From: Candidatus Hydrogenedentota bacterium
Lineage (GTDB): Bacteria > Hydrogenedentota > Hydrogenedentia > Hydrogenedentales > GCA-2746185
Assembly (NCBI GenBank): GCA_046583315.1
Contig: JAYGCN010000208.1
Location: 1-12,952, forward strand
Length of the DNA: 12,952 nucleotides
Direction: 5' to 3'
The translations under genes were made by a program, and so were the position numbers. Of the stretch, positions 7,308-12,952 are shown in pieces (position 1 is the first letter of the stretch; each line of letters starts with the position of its first letter). Under the pieces are notes generated by a model that saw only the letters and a list, made by a program, of their open reading frames with translations, did not search any database and was not told where the DNA came from.

Positions 7308-8243
7308 TCATTGCTTCGTTTTCAGATCCAGCCAGTGTTTCATCAGGCCGGAGGTAAATTCGACCGGTCCGTGGTGTGAATCGTGGCCCACGCCGGGCAG
7401 CGTCACCAGCGTCAGATCCTGATCAAGCCATTCCCACATGTGATTGAGCGCCTCATGCCCCAGTGCCGTATCGTCCAGCCCGTGAAACATCAATACAGGG
7501 CATTTCACGGGATCCGGTGGTCCTTCGTCAATGAGATAGGGGGGATCAGGATAGTTTTGCCGATAATAGTCCGTCATGGCCTCAAAGCTGGAATTCCGAA
7601 AACCTTCCAGATACAACTGGTAGATCTTCGGGTCGTTTTCATATCGACGCGCAAGTGCTTCGGCCGTAAAGCCCATATCTCCGGGCTGCTCTTTGAACCG
7701 TCGGATGTACACGCTGACGGCCTTGTGTTTATTGTTCGTGGCAAGCTCACGATTCCGTCCTCGTGGATGCGGTCGATTGAAGATGATCAGGTTGTCGGTA
7801 AGTTCTGGATGCTTCATCACGAAACTCCAGCTGACACTGCCTCCCCAGTCATGGCCGACAATTGTCGCCCTTTCCTGTGGAAAATGCCTCACCACGGCGG
7901 CGACGTCGCCGACCAGATACTTGAAGTCGTAATTTTCTTTTCCCTTGGGTTTGTCGCTGAGATTGTATCCGCGTTGACTCATTGCAACGACCTGATAATC
8001 ATCCGCGAGTGCCGCCATTTGATGTCGCCACGTATACCAAAGATCCGGAAAGCCGTGTATGAAAAGAACCAACGGTCCGTCACCTGCGGTCGCGTAGTGA
8101 ATCTTCACCCCGTCGCTGTCGACGTAACTTTCTTCGACATTCTCGAATAACTCATCAACCGTCATGGCGTGCGCAATCGTCGCGCCAAGCAAAGCGATCA
8201 TCATGACCACAGGTGTCGCCACATGTCTGCAGTTTTTCATCAC
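7308..8243 (-). CDS. alpha/beta hydrolase, epoxide hydrolase type, with signal peptide
   Basis: HGFP oxyanion motif, RGYNLSDKP, GHDWGG (Asp nucleophile), candidate lid tyrosines (VYIRRF, DYYRQ), HGLDD acid and GH catalytic His. GGGAGG RBS 7 nt before GTG 8243 (or ATG 8240). Signal peptide ending AHA. Confidence 0.9.
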   Translation of the reverse strand: MMKNCRHVATPVVMMIALLGATIAHAMTVDELFENVEESYVDSDGVKIHYATAGDGPLVLFIHGFPDLWYTWRHQMAALADDYQVVAMSQRGYNLSDKPKGKENYDFKYLVGDVAAVVRHFPQERATIVGHDWGGSVSWSFVMKHPELTDNLIIFNRPHPRGRNRELATNNKHKAVSVYIRRFKEQPGDMGFTAEALARRYENDPKIYQLYLEGFRNSSFEAMTDYYRQNYPDPPYLIDEGPPDPVKCPVLMFHGLDDTALGHEALNHMWEWLDQDLTLVTLPGVGHDSHHGPVEFTSGLMKHWLDLKTKQ

Positions 8244-8361
8244 CGCCGTCCCTCCCACAAAACTAATTATCCGCACAGCCTTCGCAACCCGCAGCATGAC
8301 CCTGATTGGCGAGGATACCTTCGACCCATCCCATATTGAGCAGCACATGCGCCGTAAAGGG

Positions 8362-8390
8362 ACACTAACACAGGCTGTTTAATCAGTCAA
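8362..8390 (-). promoter_or_regulatory. putative sigma70-type promoter for the hydrolase-monooxygenase-propeller-PQQ cluster
   Basis: Minus strand TTGACT (8390-8385), 17-nt spacer ending in TGT, TAGTGT (8367-8362). The -35 hexamer is the same as in the tRNA promoter. Confidence 0.45.
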
Positions 8391-8476
8391 TCTGTGTCTA
8401 TGAAGCACAATTTGAATAAGGCCGTGAGAAGGGCTATTTTGTGGAGGTATTGTTTGACTCAAGAAGGATAAGAAAC

Positions 8477-9364
8477 ATGAAGAAACCCGTCTATTTACTG
8501 ACCATTCTGATTGCCATCTGTTCACACCTGGCCCACGCACAAGACGACCCGGAATGGTTGCGCGCGCCCTATCTCAACACCGTGTTGTCCATACAGCATG
8601 AGAGTGCCATGCGCGAATTCTACGGGAAGGTACTGGGTTTGGAGTCGCAACCGGATTTCGACTTGCCCGCCCGGGTTGGGCGGCCCTTCGACACCATCAT
8701 GATTCGCTTCAAAATTGGTAAATCGACGATCAAGATGATTCCGCATGAGGACATCTCCCGTCCTCCGGGCGGACGCGATACGGCTGCTGGCTTGCGGGTA
8801 CTGAGCATTCCCATAACGGATGGCAAAGGAGTGGCCGAACGCGTAAAAGCCTCTAGCGGACAAACAATTGAATGGCTCGACGAAGGGAACTACACCGTCG
8901 GGTGGGTACGCGATCCCGACGACAACGAGATCGAACTTCGTTGGTATGGAGCAGAGGCTTCGGAAATCGATCGATGTCGATTAGAGCTATGCATCACTGC
9001 GACCGACCTCGATGCCAGCGCGCAGTACTACGGAAAACAGCTCGGTCTTCATGAACTTTCCCCAATTGACTACACAGGGTTTCCCGGCAAAACTAGACGC
9101 TTCAGCGTAGGCGAATCCGTGTTGCGGATTTGGACTTCTGACAAACGCTTGACCAAAGATACGGGATTCACCAAAGACGGATACGGACTGCGCTACGTGC
9201 AATTCATCGTGAACGACGCTTACGAGTTGCACGCAAAATTGATCGAACGCAACGCCGATATCGCGCAGGAACCAACGCCATTGGGGAAATCGACAACCCT
9301 GCTATTTGCGATGGACCCCGACGGCGTCATCAATGAATGCGTGGGGCCTGCTCGTCGTAATTAA
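8477..9364 (+). CDS. exported two-domain VOC (glyoxalase/bleomycin-resistance fold) protein
   Basis: AAGGA RBS before ATG 8477. Signal peptide MKKPVYLLTILIAICSHLAHA. Two VOC repeats (EFYGKVLGL...RDPDDNEIEL and QYYGKQLGL...MDPDGVINEC). Confidence 0.85.
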   Translation: MKKPVYLLTILIAICSHLAHAQDDPEWLRAPYLNTVLSIQHESAMREFYGKVLGLESQPDFDLPARVGRPFDTIMIRFKIGKSTIKMIPHEDISRPPGGRDTAAGLRVLSIPITDGKGVAERVKASSGQTIEWLDEGNYTVGWVRDPDDNEIELRWYGAEASEIDRCRLELCITATDLDASAQYYGKQLGLHELSPIDYTGFPGKTRRFSVGESVLRIWTSDKRLTKDTGFTKDGYGLRYVQFIVNDAYELHAKLIERNADIAQEPTPLGKSTTLLFAMDPDGVINECVGPARRN

Positions 9365-9367
9365 CGG

Positions 9368-9568
9368 TGGTGGCGGTGTTGAGATTCGCGACGAACTGAT
9401 TCTCACCCGAATTCCCTGCTAACAGGGAAATTAACTGGGAATATTGTCGGAATTGGATAAAGAATACTTCCGAAAGTGGTTGAATTCCTCTGTGTCTAGG
9501 GGCGATTCGTGTACTTTGGAGGTTTTTGGCGTCAAAATTAACAGGGGATTTGAGATCGGGTATCAGTG
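9368..9568. repeat. TAACAGGGAA repeat/palindrome block, probable integrative-element end
   Basis: Palindrome TTCCCTG-CTAA-CAGGGAA (9412-9429). Related direct copies TAACAGGGAA 9420-9429, TAACTGGGAA 9432-9441 and TAACAGGGGA 9539-9548. Preceded by TGGTGGCGG...CGAAC, which resembles the reverse complement of a degenerate tRNA 3' end. Confidence 0.55.
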
Positions 9569-9580
9569 CGGATGAATATT

Positions 9581-9630
9581 TGCGAGGTACAGGGGGATTC
9601 GAACCCCCGACCACCTGTACCGAAAACAAG
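9581..9630 (-). pseudogene. tRNA 3'-half remnant (Pro/Arg-like), probable attR site
   Basis: Minus strand CTTGT-TTTCGGT-ACAGG TGGTC GGGGG-TTCGAAT-CCCCC TGTACCT gives an anticodon arm, variable loop and a perfect T arm. There is no D arm, no 5' acceptor strand and no CCA. Confidence 0.7.
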
Positions 9631-9641
9631 TTTATAGAATT

Positions 9642-9690
9642 GCCACAAAACGGCACAAATTTACGAAGATTGTTATACAAATTGTTATAC
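9642..9690. repeat. tandem direct repeats, candidate integrase arm-type sites
   Basis: ATTGTTATAC occurs twice exactly (9669-9678, 9681-9690; 12-bp period). GCCACAAAA/GGCACAAAT (9642-9650, 9652-9660) lie directly next to the tRNA remnant. Confidence 0.55.
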
Positions 9691-9956
9691 CGCCTGGAAT
9701 TCGCAATTCGATCTATCCGTATCCGGCGAAAAATCAATTGACCTGCTCACGGGCTCAATAAATTGACTCCACGACCGGGAAGAGAATCTCGATTGCAAAA
9801 ATAAGTGCAGAGCCGAACAACTAGCCGTCGACTGAACCGGGTTTACTACCGCACGACAATGTTCTAAGCCACTATAGTTTCAACGAGTACGAGTTTTCGG
9901 GGCGGACAATATCGCGGCGTCTCTGAAAAGGGAGCGCGGGAAACGCATTTTCACGG

Positions 9957-10127
9957 TCACTTTTTAGACTCTAGTTTGTCCAGCCTTTCCGAAATCTGCT
10001 GGAGATAAGTGATGATGATCGCGTGCGTATACTTGGCATCGATGCCCACGGGAGAGTCGGCTAGGCTGATCTTTTCCATTATGTTTTCTAGTGCGTCTTT
10101 TGGTAAGTAGAGAGGATTTTCTTCCAT
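9957..10127 (-). CDS. small hypothetical protein (about 56 aa)
   Basis: GGAG RBS upstream of ATG 10127 (MEENPLY...). Contains DSPVGIDAKYTHAIII followed by an amphipathic coiled-coil-like tail (LQQISERLDKLE). The SPVGIDAK motif looks familiar from small conserved hypothetical proteins (recall, not searched). Confidence 0.65.
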   Translation of the reverse strand: MEENPLYLPKDALENIMEKISLADSPVGIDAKYTHAIIITYLQQISERLDKLESKK

Positions 10128-10165
10128 TATTTTCTTCTCCAATTTTCTAATCGTATCACATCACC

Positions 10166-10320
10166 TGTAAACGGCGGCTAAGAAGTGAAACACCCTTGAT
10201 AGACTTCCGTGTTCTTTGGGCATTGTGTCTGGAGGTTTCACCGGAGGAAACAAGGAGTGTTTCGAGATATGAAGCAATGGAACAAGATACGGATGCAGTT
10301 TGTGCGCGTATGGTCATAAA
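10166..10320 (+). mobile_element. possible decayed IS3-family left end with orfA start remnant
   Basis: Begins TGTAAACGGCGGCTAAGAAGTGAAACACC. GAAACAC (10187-10193) is mirrored by GTGTTTC (10257-10263) overlapping an AAGGAG RBS. After ATG 10269 the sequence reads S-N-G-T-R-Y in a shifted frame, like an IS3 OrfA start. No intact transposase. Confidence 0.3.
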
Positions 10321-10435
10321 ACTCAGCCTATCCTTCAAAACCTTGGTAATAGGGTGGTTCGCCGAACTCGCGTAACTCGATCATCAGCGCGTCGTTACTG
10401 CAGCATATCACGCATTTTGGTCCAAATACGTTTAG

Positions 10436-10834
10436 CTATTCCGCCTCCAGGCGTGTTTTTATATCTTCGTAGGCAGCTTCGATTAGCTTTGTTAGGGCCG
10501 TGTCGTCAACGTTCCCGCCTAGTCTGAGCTTCACGTGCCGCATCATCTTGCCAGTGCTTTCCAACAGATCGTCCGAATCGACTAACTCAGTCCCGCGAAA
10601 GAAGCCGACGTTCACGTGGGACTTGAAGGCATTGACATAGGCGAACGCTGCTTCACCAACGCATGCGGTAGGATGGTCATCGTGCAACACCTCTCGAACG
10701 TCGTCTCCACATCCACGCACTATCTCAAACCAACGCCTTGCGATCGCCCCCAGTTCATCAGCGTGAGAATCCATCCATCCATCGATGGCAGGATCCCGCC
10801 TAACGGAAGTGGGGAACACGAATAGTCCGTTCAT
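10436..10834 (-). CDS. DUF1801 (YdhG-like) domain protein
   Basis: RDPAIDGWM, VREVLHDDHPTACV, AFAYVNAFKSHVNVGFFRG and LLESTGKMMRHVKL are typical of DUF1801. Likely start ATG 10834 (the track uses TTG 10849). Confidence 0.85.
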   Translation of the reverse strand: MNGLFVFPTSVRRDPAIDGWMDSHADELGAIARRWFEIVRGCGDDVREVLHDDHPTACVGEAAFAYVNAFKSHVNVGFFRGTELVDSDDLLESTGKMMRHVKLRLGGNVDDTALTKLIEAAYEDIKTRLEAE

Positions 10835-11108
10835 AGTCGATTCATCCAAAGTTAGTGAAGGATCAAGTTTCCTATAGTTTTCTTGATTGGATCATAGTAA
10901 CGTCGCACTGCGAAATGTTCAATATCATATCGAAGTGCGCTCGACGATATTTTTAACATAATCACCCACAACCTTCATGCAAATTGGAAGAGGCAAGTTT
11001 TCGAGAAACTGTTAATTCTGCAAAATATATTTGTAACCGCTACTCTTGGAGTTTCCACTATGGATACGTAAATGGCAATAGTACGTTCTAAATAGTGGAA
11101 GCGTCGGA

Positions 11109-12611
11109 ATGAGAATTGAAATAGTCTTTCGGATCGATACAACGGTTTTTGCCGCTATTTTTTTGGTTGCGCTTCAATCGGTTGTTCGCGCGGAGCTAGC
11201 TCCCGTGCTATTCCCAACGGAGAATTCACACAGTGAAGAGAAACGTGTTCTTGGGAAAATCCTTTTTTGGGACGAGCAAATCTCGAGCGACGACACGATG
11301 GCGTGTGGTACCTGTCACATTCCGTCCTTCGGAGGTGCGGATCCACGACTCGGCGTACACCCCGGCTTCGACAGTATCTTTGGGACCGATGACGATATTG
11401 TCGGCTCTCCAGGCATAGTGCACCTTGATGCGAACAAAGATCCGGTAAACGATTCCATATTCGGTTTTAGTCCCCAAGTCACCGGTCGCGCCGCGCAATC
11501 GTATTTCGCAAGCATGTTCGCAATGGACACATTCTGGGATGGGCGCGCGACATCACGATTCATTGATCCGGAGGATGGTACGACGGAGCTGATCGCGCAA
11601 TTTGGCGGACTTGAGAGTCAGGCCGTTGGCCCCATTCTCAGTTCGGTCGAGATGGCGCACGAGGGGCGCACTTGGCAAAACGTGAAGGACAAATTGAACG
11701 GTGCGAAACCGCTTCTTCTCGCTTCGGACATACCGGCTGACATGCAACAGGCTATCGACGCGAGTCCTACCTATGCCGAGTTGTTTACCCAGGCCTTCGG
11801 CGATTCCGCAATTTCCGCCGGGCGCATCGCCTTTGCGATCGCGACCTACGAACGCACACTGCTGCCGGATCAATCGCCCTGGGATCTTTACGAAGGCGGC
11901 AACAACACGGCCATGACACCGGCCCAGATAAACGGTTGGGAAATACTGCGCGACAACACGGTCTGCCTGAACTGTCATCAGCCGCCTACCTTCTCGGACG
12001 ATCGCTTTCACAACATCGGATTACGACCGTCTTTCGAAGACGAAGGTCGGTTTGCGGTGACCGGTAACAGTAACGATCACGGTCGCTTCAAAACCCCGAG
12101 CCTGCGCAACGTCGGACTGAAGCCTACGCTGATGCACGTCGGTTGGATAACGGATGTGCAGGACTCGATCGACTTTTATAACGCAGGTACGCAGAGTACG
12201 ATACATACGCAGTTCACCGCCGATCAGTCAGGTATCCCTACGAACACCCCGAATTTTTTTGCCGATTACAATACAATAGACATGAACCCGCTGATGCAAC
12301 CCAATATCATAGATTTTATCGTAAATGGTCTGACCGATCCCCGTGTCGCGAATGAGCTGTTCCCCTTTGACCGACCTACTTTACTCAGCGAGCTGCCCCA
12401 GACTTCTGTGATTTACGCGAACGGAAGCTATGAAGGTCTGGAAAACGGCAGTCAACCTGCACCTTACAATACACTTGAGGAGGCGCTCGTTCATGTGACC
12501 CCGTCGGGAACCGTCATCCTGTCTTCTGGCGCTATCGGTAGCGCGATAACAATTTCACAACCCGTCACGCTCGATTGTGACTCTGGTACCGTGACGATTG
12601 GTACTGAATGA
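11109..12611 (+). CDS. di-heme cytochrome c peroxidase family protein, MauG-like (Tyr-type), exported, with extra C-terminal domain
   Basis: Signal peptide; LGKILFWDEQIS, CGTCH, FWDGRA, CLNCH, FHNIG, FKTPSLRNV, LMHVG, IDFY; an extension of about 67 aa after the peroxidase domain. Confidence 0.92.
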   Translation: MRIEIVFRIDTTVFAAIFLVALQSVVRAELAPVLFPTENSHSEEKRVLGKILFWDEQISSDDTMACGTCHIPSFGGADPRLGVHPGFDSIFGTDDDIVGSPGIVHLDANKDPVNDSIFGFSPQVTGRAAQSYFASMFAMDTFWDGRATSRFIDPEDGTTELIAQFGGLESQAVGPILSSVEMAHEGRTWQNVKDKLNGAKPLLLASDIPADMQQAIDASPTYAELFTQAFGDSAISAGRIAFAIATYERTLLPDQSPWDLYEGGNNTAMTPAQINGWEILRDNTVCLNCHQPPTFSDDRFHNIGLRPSFEDEGRFAVTGNSNDHGRFKTPSLRNVGLKPTLMHVGWITDVQDSIDFYNAGTQSTIHTQFTADQSGIPTNTPNFFADYNTIDMNPLMQPNIIDFIVNGLTDPRVANELFPFDRPTLLSELPQTSVIYANGSYEGLENGSQPAPYNTLEEALVHVTPSGTVILSSGAIGSAITISQPVTLDCDSGTVTIGTE

Positions 12612-12952
12612 AGCACTTCTTCGTCTGCACAACACTCTTCGCTGTCAGTCTGATTGGCATCCACGATGCGTCAGCGCAGGATGAAGGTGAATTTCCCTTC
12701 GCACCGGCTGTAGATCATTTGCGCCTCGTGACTTGGAATATTGAAATACTTGGAAAGCGCAATCCTGTCCGAACGGAGGAACAGCTGTTGGCGATCGCGG
12801 CGCGAATTGCTACTTTTGACCCGGCCGTTGTCGCCATTCAGGAAATTACCTACGAGAGTGCTCAAGTCCTTCCAAGATCCCGCCCTGCTCTGGACACTGT
12901 GGTGAGCGCGCTGGGCTGGCAGACTGCTATTGGAGATTGGAACAACGGATTT
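12608..12952 (+). CDS. exported endonuclease/exonuclease/phosphatase (EEP) family protein, partial (runs off the right edge)
   Basis: Not in the ORF track. The ATG at 12608 overlaps the peroxidase stop (ATGA). Translation MKHFFVCTTLFAVSLIGIHDASA-QDEGEFPFAPAVDHLRLVTWNIEILG...FDPAVVAIQEI... contains a signal peptide and the first two EEP motifs (TWN; DxxxxQE). Open to the edge. Confidence 0.8.
   Translation, partial: MKHFFVCTTLFAVSLIGIHDASAQDEGEFPFAPAVDHLRLVTWNIEILGKRNPVRTEEQLLAIAARIATFDPAVVAIQEITYESAQVLPRSRPALDTVVSALGWQTAIGDWNNGF

Noticed and set aside
205..9630. tRNA-Ala and the 9581-9630 tRNA fragment as attL/attR of one island enclosing the enzyme cluster
   Set aside because: The sequences differ in the anticodon arm, T stem and acceptor strand, and the fragment lies upstream rather than downstream of the tRNA on the minus strand.
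9330..9741. ORFs 9330..9737 (-) and 9526..9741 (+)
   Set aside because: They translate through the tRNA remnant and repeat block, with atypical composition and no RBS.
10351..10436. Integron attC site downstream of the DUF1801 gene (GCTAAAC ... GTTCGGC on the minus strand)
   Set aside because: R-box-like ends are present, but the L boxes and the interior do not pair, and there is no convincing second attC or intI.
1..12952. CRISPR array, rRNA or recognisable riboswitch
   Set aside because: No regularly spaced repeats or rRNA-like sequence. The roughly 110-nt leader at 8245-8355 matches no riboswitch I recognise.

Overview
Bacterial window. At the left edge an intact minus-strand tRNA-Ala(GGC) (205-280), with its own sigma70-type promoter, is followed by the start of a probable tyrosine integrase, the layout of an island attL. 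From 794 to about 8243 there is a minus-strand cluster of five probably exported enzymes: an epoxide-hydrolase-type alpha/beta hydrolase, two paralogous heme c + PHM-like (copper type II monooxygenase) fusions, a heme c + beta-propeller protein whose likely true start is interrupted by an in-frame TAA, and a PQQ dehydrogenase. A divergent, exported two-domain VOC protein follows. The stretch 9365-10430 looks like a cluster of decayed mobile-element ends: a TAACAGGGAA repeat/palindrome block, a tRNA 3'-half remnant with arm-like direct repeats, and a probable IS3-like end. The right part holds a small hypothetical protein, a DUF1801 protein, a MauG-like di-heme peroxidase and the 5' part of a translationally coupled, exported EEP-family nuclease/phosphatase. 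The best candidate for a new system is the PQQ dehydrogenase / heme c-copper monooxygenase / His-rich propeller cluster, which resembles an ascorbate-free bacterial analogue of PHM+PAL chemistry. All family calls come from reading motifs by eye; no searches were run.
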